DNA of 63,705 nucleotides, counting the filler, from Rhabdomonas costata (Eukaryota): assembly GCA_019059605.1 (NCBI GenBank). It is 29 parts of 29 records of this genome, joined end to end, with 100 filler letters (N's around TTAATTAATTAA, not from the genome) between each part and the next. Parts side by side here need not be neighbours in the genome. Positions count along the whole stretch, not along the records: positions 35,167 to 37,264 come from JAHMHO010005672.1; positions 37,365 to 39,461 come from JAHMHO010005673.1; positions 39,562 to 41,658 come from JAHMHO010005674.1; positions 41,759 to 43,855 come from JAHMHO010005675.1; positions 43,956 to 46,133 come from JAHMHO010005676.1; positions 46,234 to 48,323 come from JAHMHO010005677.1; 23 more parts are not named here. One strand, 5' to 3'. The stretch's first letter is position 1; each line of letters begins with the position of its first letter. The translations under genes were made by a program, and so were the position numbers. Below, one piece after another: positions 36,179-47,501 of this stretch. The notes under the pieces are model-generated. The model was not told the DNA's origin. It did not search any database and worked only from the letters and a program-made list of their open reading frames with translations.

Positions 36179-36843
36179 GTGCTCCGTGAGATGCGCTCAG
36201 TGGTGGCCCCGGCAGACGCCCAGCCCGCGTGCTCCCCTCTCGGGTTTGTCTGGCGGCGAAACTTTTCCGGAAGAGATTGGCAAACCATTGGGTTTTTTCT
36301 TGTCGTAATGTTGTCGAACATTTTGTTTTGTCCTCCACCACCCACCCTTTTACTTCCCCACCTCGATGACTGGTTTTGTAAAAATTTCAACTTCGGCTGA
36401 GTTTGGGATCGTAACTATTAGGCTTGCATTATCAATCAACAACCTGAGTATCAAACCCATTTCAACGGAATTTGGAACTGTAAAAAGCCTGCATGGCATG
36501 CAAAAGCGGACTCTTGTAGTGTATCGGTGGTCATCCTCTCTGGGAAGGTACGTTAGGTTCCTTTTGGGATTCCACCAGAGTCGAAGAGTGGGGTGTGGGA
36601 TTAGTCAATTATCCGCTCCCGCCCCCTACAACGCCCCCTCAACGATCGTTAAAAGATCGTGAAAACCATAGTTAAATTTCGGAACGTCATCACGTGATTA
36701 TGGCAAACGCCATAATGATCGTAAATAGTTTAAAAGGTTTTGTAATTTTGCAACTTGCAACGATAGTTAAAAGGTATGAACATTACAACGCTTTTTATAA
36801 CTTTGTTATGCTGCTCCCAATAAAGTCTACAAAAACAATTTTG

Positions 36844-36895
36844 TTCTGTGGTGGTTGCTCTTTCGTCTCACCGGAAACAAAGAGCAAAAGGGGAC
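36844..36895. repeat. Dispersed ~50-bp hairpin element, copy 2
   Basis: TTCTGTGGTGGTTGCTCTTTCGTCTCACCGGAAACAAAGAGCAAAAGGGGAC. Confidence 0.9.
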
Positions 36896-39800
36896 GTCTT
36901 CAGCAGAAACAAAACCTGCACATGACAACAGCAGCAAAGTGTGTCATGAACAGTTGGTTTCTGTCCCCTGTCCACACACAAGAACTGTACAAAATAGGGT
37001 CACCCCTTTTCCCGCCCGTATCGTATCCTGCTCACATCCACCGCCTCAAGGCGGAGGCTCTAGACACTCACTGTCTCGCCTTCGCCGCTGCCCCATGGTT
37101 GGGCTGTAGCACCGCTCGCATCTTCTTCAGCAAGCAGTCCATTGGCGCGCCCTGCCTAAGGCGCGGTACCAGCGGTGCGTCGGGTAGCCCCGCTGTCGAA
37201 GAAATCTCAGAGCCTGGCGGATGGAGGCCGGAAGGCCTCCAACACCAGGGTCCGAGTACCACCANNNNNNNNNNNNNNNNNNNNNNNNNNNNNNNNNNNN
37301 NNNNNNNNTTAATTAATTAANNNNNNNNNNNNNNNNNNNNNNNNNNNNNNNNNNNNNNNNNNNNCTCATAGGGGGGGGGGGAAGAACAGCATTGGGTGAA
37401 TTCAGACTCTCAAGAACGCACACGCGCACTGGGAGCGATCCACAAAGACGGAGCATGCACGTACGGGGACACCCGTGCAGAGGCGATGGGGGCGTACACA
37501 CAGGGAAGTCGTCTGATGTTAGGTGCTGCGCTGGGAGTGCCCTGCTCAGCAATAATACATATAATAATATTCGGGTCAGGGGGAACATTATACTCACACG
37601 AAAGTTCTACGAGGGTTGGAGGGGGAAGTTTTCTGAAGTTTCCTGATTTCGAGTGACCACCAGATGAAACTTCCATCAGGGCCCTTCCAGTATCAGCTCC
37701 TTTTTTGTATCCACCTGTTTTCGCGTTTTGCATGTTTTAAGTGTTTTAAGTGTGTTGACATGTTGAAGCCCACGTCTTGAAGGTGTGGTCGGGAAAGAAT
37801 TTGGAGGCTAAGCTGCCGCCAATTTTTCCGCAGGGACTGGGCGGCACGACTTCTTCATCCAACTCCTCCTGCCCATCCTCTCCAAGCCGACCCTCCACTG
37901 TGTCCTTCTCGGTCGCCGCGGACCCCGAGCTTCGCAGCCCCACCAGGCTACGTGTGCTCCGCCACGCCGGTTTCCTCAGCGCCAGCATTTCACTACCAGC
38001 GTACGCTACCCCCCCCCATTCCCATTCCAGCCCACAGGCCATGTTGAACCATGGCATACCAGGATACCCCTTGCTGAGAACCTCTCGGAACCTCTGAGAC
38101 CTATGGGCTGGCTATGGGGGCGGGCTGTACAAGCTAGGCGAGATGGAACCACTCATTGTAACCAGAGAGATGGGGAGACGATGGAAGTGCGCCTTTTTGT
38201 GTGGGATTCTCTCCGAGGCTCGATTCCCCTGCACGGCGCGGAAGCCTCCAGATGACTTAGCAGCGTACCAATGGTTCTGTGTGTAGCGCAAATCTCATCG
38301 AAATGACTTAACGAGTTAACGAGGGCAAAGCCGAAGCAGGAGATTTTTCTGTTTACAGTGAAACGCTGCGTCCTGCGTCCGGTGCTGAAATGCCGGAAGC
38401 CATAGTTTTTATAGTGTACTGGCGGTCTTAAAACATTTTAGGGGCAGATTTACTCACAAGCCTCTGCTGCTTTTTACCGCCGTCTTCTGTGGTTTCCATG
38501 GTTTCAGTCTGGGAAGGACGGGTTTCAGTCCTCGCCTGGGGAAGAGGATGGATATAGGATGCGGATCTATTTCCACTGGGTATGTGTTACTTTCACTGCA
38601 CCAGTGCGGAGCGTCCCCCTGGGCTTTCTCGGGCTCAAACTCACGGTGCGCTGTACGAGGGCCCCAGCACTCCGTTGGGGGGTGCCCGCCCGGTGGCTCC
38701 CGGAGTGCCGCGAAACTTTACTGTGTGCAGCTCCGGGGGAGACCTGTGCTCTGGCCGCACCGGGACTTCGTCTGTGCCCTCGCCTTGACGGGAGTGGGCC
38801 CCTTCGCCATTCCCACAGGAATGAGGAAGTGGTCTTTCTACTCTTTTTGAAAGGAACGTCCTCAGCGAAGGCAACCAGAAAATGGTTCTGCTCACAACCA
38901 CAACGATGCAACATATGCACACATGCAGATGCACTGCTCTTATTAGCGACACGCAGTGCGATGCGATTGTGTACAGCCCTTCGTTTTTGAAGGGGTGGCT
39001 TTTTCTCATGTGGTGCCTCGGCGTAGCTTCCGATGCGACGCGACCTGCGCTGTGTCCTTGGGGCTGACCGCGGTGTGGTGTGGGTATAGGGGGGGTGGTC
39101 GCTGCATCCTGCATTCCCTGCGATGCATATAAACCAAGTCATCCTTGGTTCAGGAATTGCAAGCGACGGCGTCTGAGTCTCGACCCCAAAGGCTCGCAAC
39201 ACCTTTGATGCATAACCCCCTTCTTTCGCACCATCTTTCTTTGTTCTTTTTTGTGGATGCTTTCCGCATGCGTAACACTTGCCTGGCGGTTGCCCGATAA
39301 AGCCTCTTGGAACGCACCTGAGCCCGCATCTTACGAAGTCAGAAGCTTCTTTAGGCTGCGGGCGTGTTTCATGGCTTTGTTTTCGCACAGTTTTCATTCT
39401 TTGTTTCATGAAGCACGCGCTGGAATTCAACCTGATTCCCGCAGTGCACGTGTTGAGTACANNNNNNNNNNNNNNNNNNNNNNNNNNNNNNNNNNNNNNN
39501 NNNNNTTAATTAATTAANNNNNNNNNNNNNNNNNNNNNNNNNNNNNNNNNNNNNNNNNNNNGGGGGGGTTGTATTTATGGTTTTTACCGGGCCGCACCCT
39601 TTTCGTGTGTGGGCTCGGGCACTCGGAATATGGCGTTACATATTTCCAGTCAGCCATGCTTGTTAGACGTCCTTTCATTTTGGCCTTTCGGACGCTCTGA
39701 GAGGAGTGAAGACAAGAACATAAGAGGGAAGAGAGAATTCACATGGGTTGTATGTGATCGTGTTCCATGATTTCTTTACCACTGTATGTTTTTATTTCGA

Positions 39801-41117
39801 CTCGGGACGGTGAGCCCGTCTTTCACCCCGCTGATTTCTACCACTCCCCCTCCTCTTACCCCTCCTCTCGCTTTTGCAATCTGGCGTGGCCTTACCCAGC
39901 GGATGGGGCCATGGACCTTGTAGGACTGCCTAAAACATACGAGTATCACATCCAGACATACGCATGTCATCAGGAGCATCCTTGCGCAGAAGAGGTTCGG
40001 CCAGGGGTGTGAGGGTGCGGTTTGTTGCCCTGTTCTGGATTGGGTTTCGATGGCGAGGCCTCCTTCGAAACCCTTCCAAGCTGCGCATCACCTCTCTTAG
40101 GGTTCACAACACAGTAGGGTTTTGCGGACAAACGCTGCGGTTTTCTCTAGAATGAGACAAAAGAGTCCTGGGCGCGGTGAGTATGTGTGCGTAGTTCGCC
40201 CATACCCTTCCCACTTGGATGATTCCATCCCCGGCTGCCCCGTGCTTTTTGTTTTTTGTTTTGTTCATTTTGGTTGCACTCACATAACTTTTTCCAGGAA
40301 CGTCCAATGCGGCGTCTTCTGAGATCCCGGCTTGGACACGGGACACGTGTGTGTCAGATTCTTCGTGATGCGTATTCAATGGCTTTCTTCATTCTCACTA
40401 ACTCATCCCAGCTACTACCTGTTCCACCCGTAAACAACCATGCGAAGGGAAGCAGTCCTGAGTTAAATGTTGCCATCTATTGTTCCACTTAGCAAAGAGT
40501 GAAAACTCCATTTGTCACGTTCCTCGTTCTCATTGCAAATGGGTGAATGGTGAATAGCATATGTGGTCTTCTCAACCCAAACGCAAATAAAGCCAATTGT
40601 GTGGTGTAAACGTTCCTTTGGGATGCTGGAGAACGGGTCACGGCAAAGCCTGAGCCAAACCTTCCCAGTTGAGTGACCTTTTAAGGAGGCCAGTGATCAA
40701 TGGATGATTCGCACGTCAGCAGCGAAGGGAATGAGAAATGAGGTGATAAGTCCAACAGTACTACAGTGTGCTGGGATGCACATACAGACTTCGGAGGTAG
40801 GTGCAAACACGACGAGCAAGCCTGTTTTGCAGGCAAGAGCGCGATCACCGCGAGAGCGAACGGCTGTAAACAGGGTTGTCCATTGCGGCTTGCTAAGGCG
40901 AGGATGCACTTGACGTAGCACACCGGACGCCACGAACTCAACACCTTCCGACCAGCAATAGTTCAGATTGTGCGCAGGCAGGGGCCAGCTTCTGAAAGAG
41001 TGCCGGACTTTGAACGCTGGACTAACCGTGTAACTGTGCGAATATCGATAGGTTTCATATTACACCAGATCTCCCGAATTTCTGCAAGAGGAGGCGAGTT
41101 TGGGCACCTGAGAGAAA

Positions 41118-41343
41118 ATGCGAGCCCTTCTTCTGCTCCTGGTTTGCCTGTGTGCTGGCCGACTTGCCCTGGCGGACCCCAGCGACTGCGACGGGGGTGG
41201 ATTCGCGACCATTGAGTTCTACGCTAACACCTACGACAACGCCCTGACGTGCGCGGGCAGTCCCATTTCCCTGCTGTACTACCCCTCCGGGGCGTGCACT
41301 CCGAACCCAACCCAGGGCACTTCCACGCGCCTCCACATTGACC
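41118..41343 (+). CDS. First exon of a secreted Cys-containing protein
   Basis: Signal peptide MRALLLLLVCLCAGRLALA, then DPSDCDGGGFATIEFY...CAGSP...YPSGAC; GT donor at 41344. Confidence 0.7.
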
Positions 41344-42001
41344 GTGGTGTGCCCTGTTCTACAAAGACTCTGCTCCTGTGTTTTAATTGTCTCGGCCGTG
41401 TGCCTTGGGCACCCCTGGCGTCCGATTTAGTCAGCGGGGGGCCCGGGTGGTCCGGATCTGACCGAAAAGCAGCATCCATCATAAGGCCCCATTGGATGTG
41501 GCAAAACACTGCAATGTGTGAAGACCTTGCTGTGATGCTCTGGGACATTCTGGGGGTAAATTCAGGTCAGTTCGATGGAAGTTATGACTTTACATGAATT
41601 GTCGCCCATGTCGTCCACCACCACCACGATTATTGCAGCTTGGTGCCCAATCTCTGTGNNNNNNNNNNNNNNNNNNNNNNNNNNNNNNNNNNNNNNNNNN
41701 NNTTAATTAATTAANNNNNNNNNNNNNNNNNNNNNNNNNNNNNNNNNNNNNNNNNNNNTGTGGGTTTGGTGCGTCTGGAAACGAGGGGAATCGAGATCGA
41801 GAGGAAAGGAAGCCAAAAAAATGAGGAGGCCTCGCATCTGAAGGCCGCTGGGCGACCATCGAGGCGGTGTGCCACGAAAGGGGGAGGGGGTATGTGGTAT
41901 ATACCGAAAGTATCACGTGCTGACTTCGCGTACGTTTTTACTTAGAGATTTTTTTCAAACAAAAGCTGCAGGCGCATACGCAGGTACACGCACCAGAGTG
42001 C

Positions 42002-43855
42002 CCTGTTCTGCCACGACATGGATGAAGTTGCAGAGCTCCCCAGCGGAGCAGGAGCCCTTGTACCGCCACGCGTGGCAGTGCATACCTTTCACGAACCTGA
42101 GAATAAGTGAAAGTGTGTTTGTGCGTGTGTTTATGTGCGTGTGTTTGGGGGCTTGTCCCTAGCTGTGTTGTTGGGCTGTGCTTGCCCCTAGCTCAGCACT
42201 GGTGGACAAAACCGCCAAATAAAGTACGTAAAAAGTGCACACACACACACACATACACACGCACGCACCCACGAGGAAGCTCTGAGGCCTGCTCGCTGCG
42301 AGCGGTTGGAAAGACGTCAAAGGCAGTTAGCCACTGGCCTTCAACGTAGATCTGTCCCCTGAGACAAGGAACGCACAGAGCTCTGAGAAGCACCCAACTC
42401 AAGCTCTCCTTTTTTCCGTTTCGGCTCACTCATGTGCGAATCCGAAGCCAAAACAAATAGCATGAAAAAAGCGTCAAGCCAGAGAGAAACGCAGCGCACT
42501 TTGGATTGTTGGCAGCGTCCTCCTCTTCCTGCATCAGGAAAAGGTCGTGCTCCCACGGCCCGGCGTCCATGGGCTTCAATGCCTCTTCGGGCTGTGAATG
42601 GCAGAATTGTGGGATGCGCGGAAACGTCCATGCTTCCGATTCGCTCAGCCACGCAAGTTACAAAGGAGAAAGCGCTGCACACCTCGGCCCAAACAAAAGC
42701 GCGATAGCACTATCCACTGGCGCTGACAACCTTGGGTAATCACCACACAGAACCCAAGGGTTAGAACATTTCGGAATGAGGCACTTCAAACCCACTGAAA
42801 CTAAATCCAATGCACAGGAAGTGCTGCGCTCTGGCCCTTGCAGCCCAGCCAGTCACTTCCATTTTTTTTTTGAAAAAAGATGAAAAGAGAATCTCGGGCC
42901 GTCAACGGCTTGTTGTGAGCAACCTGGGCAGTAAGCTCGTCATCGTTACCAACGGCTGCGTCGAGGTCGACCACACGCCGGCCGTACTGCAGCGGAGCAT
43001 TGGGGTCTCGGAGCCACTCTCTGAACAAAAGCCGGCAACATTTACATCACGCAGGCAGGTTTTTGGAAGAGGCAACAAGATCTATTCTCGCCCAGAAAAG
43101 GGAAACGGCACATTATCTGGAGCTCCCGTCTTGAGGCGGTGGATTTGAGCAGGATACGATGAGGGCGGGAAAGGGGCGACCTGTGTTTGTACAGTTCTTG
43201 TGCGTGGAAAGTGGACAAAACCAACTGATCATCACACTGTGCCGTTGTGATGTTTTGACTAACTTGGAATAACTTTTGAAAAACGAGGTCCCCTTTTGCT
43301 CATTGTTTTCGCTTGCGCGCGCGCGTTAGAGTCTTTTGTAAGAGTGGGAGTGAGGTCTGGAACCTGACCTACACAACAGTGTTGTGGGAGAGTGACCTCT
43401 CTATGCTTTCTCGTTAAATGTTCTTACCAAAACACTGAAGAAAGATGAGTTCTCGTGCACATTCCAAAACCACCACTTAAAACTCCCAATTTTTCACCTT
43501 CCCAGGGCTTTGCATGTGGCGGCGTTTTTAAAAAGAGCAGCGCGGGCTTCTCTCTCACTCCCGCATACAAGGTCTCGTCGGGCTTCTCCACGGGCTGCTC
43601 GGATTGCGTGGGGTCCGGGGCGAACACCGACTCTGAGCCTTGTGGAGCCCTCGGCGCATGGCTTCCTTCTCCAGCCATCGTCACGTCGCCACCTGCTTCG
43701 TCCTGCTTCACTTCGCTAGCAGCCACGTCTTCCTCACCGCCCTGGTCATTATCGGGCTGTTCCTCGGGCACCCCCCCGGAGAACCCACTAGCGGAAGAGC
43801 TGTATACAGACACGCTGTCCTCGCTGGCGTCACTGCCAGCCTCACCCCCAACCCC
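42002..43855 (-). CDS. CCCH zinc-finger protein, partial; finger exon 42096-42002, other probable exons ~43020-42896 and acidic >43855 to ~43560
   Basis: FVKGMHCHAWRYKGSCSAGELCNFIHV is C-x8-C-x5-C-x3-H after a tcag acceptor. Linking the upstream exons to it is an inference. Confidence 0.7.
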
Positions 43856-43955
43856 NNNNNNNNNNNNNNNNNNNNNNNNNNNNNNNNNNNNNNNNNNNNT
43901 TAATTAATTAANNNNNNNNNNNNNNNNNNNNNNNNNNNNNNNNNNNNNNNNNNNN

Positions 43956-43960
43956 TGTTG

Positions 43961-44027
<67 letters not shown>
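43956..44027 (+). repeat. (TTG)n microsatellite
   Basis: More than 20 consecutive TTG units at the contig start. Confidence 0.98.
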
Positions 44028-44028
<1 letters not shown>

Positions 44029-45006
44029 TGGAGCTTTTTTTTTTACGTCCCAATGGATTTAGAGAGGGGGAGGGGTAAATGGTGAAACAACATTTAACCC
44101 TGTAATAGGTGTAAAACAACGGTGTGCTGGTAGGCTCGGCCGCCGGAAAACGTCTCATTCAGTGTCGTGTTCGCGGCGCATGAGTACGAACACCCCCCCA
44201 CTACCCCCAGAAAACGTTTCCGCCTCAGCCGCCCGCTCCGGCCGCGCCGTGGTTTAATCGGTTTAACACACACACGCCAAAAAAGAAAGAAAATCTATCC
44301 GGTTTTTATGGTTACCAAAAACTTCCCGTGTGTGAACATCACGCTTCGTCACCATCCGGTGGCATTCCACCTGGCTGCAAAATTCGGGAAATTTGGAAAT
44401 TCTCGCGCCTTCGGTGTGTAGCAGCAGAAAGCCAGATCTCTATTTCATGTGGGTGCAACCCAAAATGGCGCGAGGCATCGATGGCACCATTTAAAGGAAA
44501 AAGATAGTCAACCCGACACCCCGAACCTCAGAGGAACATATGTGACGTATTTCAACCTGGAGTCGTCAGACCCCATATAATTGTCATCGTCTTCAGCAAG
44601 ATGATTATATGGTCCCGCGACTCCCCCTGCCATCTTGGCTCGTACCCATATCAAGGAAAGGTCTTGTTTTGTTATGCTACGAAAAATTTTGATTTTTGCA
44701 CCCAGTGGCAATGCTGCCAGATCATACATGCCGGCTGTGTGGAGTTTGGTACTCAAACGGGTAGGTTTTTCTGGTTGGGGAGCACCAATCTGTAGAAAAA
44801 ACCAATAATTCTGTGGTTCTGAGTTTACGGTGTAACGTACTCTATTTATGTGCTGAAGACAGTGGCATTCTTTCATCTGGTCTGACGGTTCAAGTGGGTC
44901 AGTTGTGTTGCTCTGAGTTTTGGAGTGTAACTACCCATTGTTCCTTTTTTCTTCATGACTTGTCTTATCCGTTATCTCCTCACTCGTGCACGTCCGCTCC
45001 TTTAAG

Positions 45007-45906
45007 GGAAGACCACCTTGACCGAGCGAATTCTGTACTACACGGGGAAGATTGAGAAGATGCACGAAGTCAAGGGCTCCGACGAGGTCGGCAGCTTCAC
45101 TTTTTTTCCGCCGTCTCGTGCTTGGGGGCAAATTTAGGTTCCGCGGTTCCACTCAACAAATAATGTATGTATGTGGGAGACTTGTTGTGACTGCTCAGCT
45201 ATGGAGGCACGGGGCACACCGGTAAAGTCACCATGCTTAAGACGGTGCACGTGCAAGTCAGTCCCTGCGAGGGGCCAACAAAGTCTGAGTATGAGAAAAG
45301 AGTCAACGAGCACACGAATCCTGGGATAACTTCCAAAGCATCGTCCGTTCTTTTTGTGCCGCGCAAAAAAGGTCGTGCACAGTGTCCTCCACGGGAGAAG
45401 AAAAGTGATGGCAACACCTCTAACCCCTACCATGTCCCATATTGGGATAATTGTATTGGGGAGGGAGGCGTTAAATATTTTCGGCATTATGGATCGATAG
45501 GGGCAACAAAAGTTGAGGGGCGGAAGCCAGCCCGCGGTTCGGCCGGAGTCGACGGATGAGGGATCAGGCGGGGACGTGCCATGGGCTGTTTCGTTTTTCC
45601 TTCTTACCATCGCCAACCATAGAAACCATAGCATACACACCATCCTTTGGTGCGGCACACATTCAGACGTGTGACACAAACCTTCTTGGCTGTGTAACTT
45701 TGTCCAAAAAAAAAGACTTAAAGAACTCATCTGTGGCGTTTACTCACAAGGTCGGAGCGACGATGGACTTCATGGAGCTGGAGCGAGAGAAGGGGATTAC
45801 CATCCAATCGGCGTCCACCTTCGCGGAGTGGAAGGGGCTGCACTTCAACATCATCGATACCCCTGGACACATTGACTTCACCATTGAGGTCGAGCGATCC
45901 CTCAAG
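45007..45906 (+). CDS. GFM1: Mitochondrial-type elongation factor G (EF-G1), partial; exons 45007-45086 and 45751-45906
   Basis: [52 protein letters not shown]....[20 protein letters not shown]; the HEV+G.D.VGA.MD segment is typical of mtEF-G1. Confidence 0.92.
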
Positions 45907-46412
45907 GTCTGACGACACCCCATCCCCCCAGCTCCCATTACACACTTCAGAAATGGCGAAGGAGCAAATGGTAATGGATTTTTCAGGATCACTCATGGTG
46001 TTGTGCAGTAGAGTGGTGCAATACGGGCCCACACCTCTGGACTTCACTTTTATGGATTCCGCCACGTCAAAGCTGACTGGTTGAAAAGCATATCCACAGC
46101 AACCCCAAAACCCTTAACATCTCTCCACACCCCNNNNNNNNNNNNNNNNNNNNNNNNNNNNNNNNNNNNNNNNNNNNTTAATTAATTAANNNNNNNNNNN
46201 NNNNNNNNNNNNNNNNNNNNNNNNNNNNNNNNNGGTTTGTTGGCTTTTTAAAACAAAATACATGAAATAAGTACGAAAAACCCTGCTGCTGTAAGATGCG
46301 TTCCGTATCATACAGCAGCAGGGTTTTGTGTACTTATTTCATGTATTTTGTTTTGAAAAGCTAGCAAACCCAAACGGGCACACGGAGAGAGAGTGAGCGA
46401 GGGAGGCCGTAC

Positions 46413-47501
46413 CTGTGACAGAAGCCCGATGGGCCTCGGTTCCCTTCCCCCCGTGAGCCCCTGAAGGAATAAAGAAGCAATTCGCCTCCCACCCCGCTCC
46501 ACCAAACAGACGACTCGCTCATCACCTGTATACGGGTATTAGGCAACATACGGGCACAAAGGCGACCACAGCTGGTGCCGTGGAAGACGGTAAAAATAAT
46601 GCTGACCCTCGCTCAGGGCTCCTGAAGGTAGTGTTTGTGTGTGAGGGGCACTCGGAACCACTGGTAGCTGGGTTCACCAGTTTTAGCTTTTGTAGAGGGT
46701 TATTGGCGATGCTGGGATTGTGATAGAAACGGATCATCCGCTGCACCGCTGCGCTCCGCACCTAAGATCTGAGACTTAACGCTCGAATGCAGATTTAGTC
46801 ATGGCTTTGAAACGCCACCACTGGCACCGGGTATACCCCTACACACGCACTACTTTACAAGAGCTGTGCTCAGGGATGCAACCACAAACCAACGCCGTTC
46901 TAACCAGCACTTGAGCCAACATACATCAATATTGGAGGATCATAAAAACTGAACATAGCTAGTAATCAGCGCAAGGCGCAAGCAGAGCACGGTTCTGGCA
47001 AAGAAGCACCACATCGTTGCTTTCGTCGCGAGGAAAGCGAGCAATAGAAGATGGAAAAAACGGGACTATTGCACACCACGTGTGCGCGCGCAAGCAGAGT
47101 ATCAGCCAGGGGTTCACCTGCTCTACCGAGTCAAACGCTCTTTGTTCTTCAGACTGTTGTGCTGATCGTCAGCAGCTGTGCACATTCCCTTGGTGAAGTA
47201 TGTCAAAAGAACGCTTACCCAACTGCGCGCATATTCACGGGCGAAAGCCGGACACGAGATCAAAAAACTTATCTTCAGAACGTTGCCAAAACCACACACA
47301 CCCACACACACAGCGACCCACATGGAGAGCAAGCCTTGCACATGGCTGGTGTGAAAAAAGGGATCCGGACGTGGCAGAAGCAGCTCGTACCCGTTTCGAT
47401 GTATTTCTTGGCGTTGTCCCATGCCCCGCCAGCGTTGTTCTGGAACAGTGCCATCAAGATGCCGGTTACCGTAGCAAACATCAGAAGCGCAGCCATGCAC
47501 T
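46413..47501 (-). CDS. H+-translocating pyrophosphatase, type II (AVP2-like), partial; exons 47501-47391 and 46460-46413
   Basis: AALLMFATVTGILMALFQNNAGGAWDNAKKYIETG|AHGGKGTEAHRASVTG contains the family signature GGAWDNAKKYIE. Confidence 0.93.

Noticed and set aside
38548..39430. 287-aa minus-strand ORF and overlapping ORFs
   Set aside because: They have no domain signature and no frame could be chosen with confidence.
43904..44158. Poly-Thr ORF
   Set aside because: It is a translation of the (TTG)n microsatellite running into a linker.
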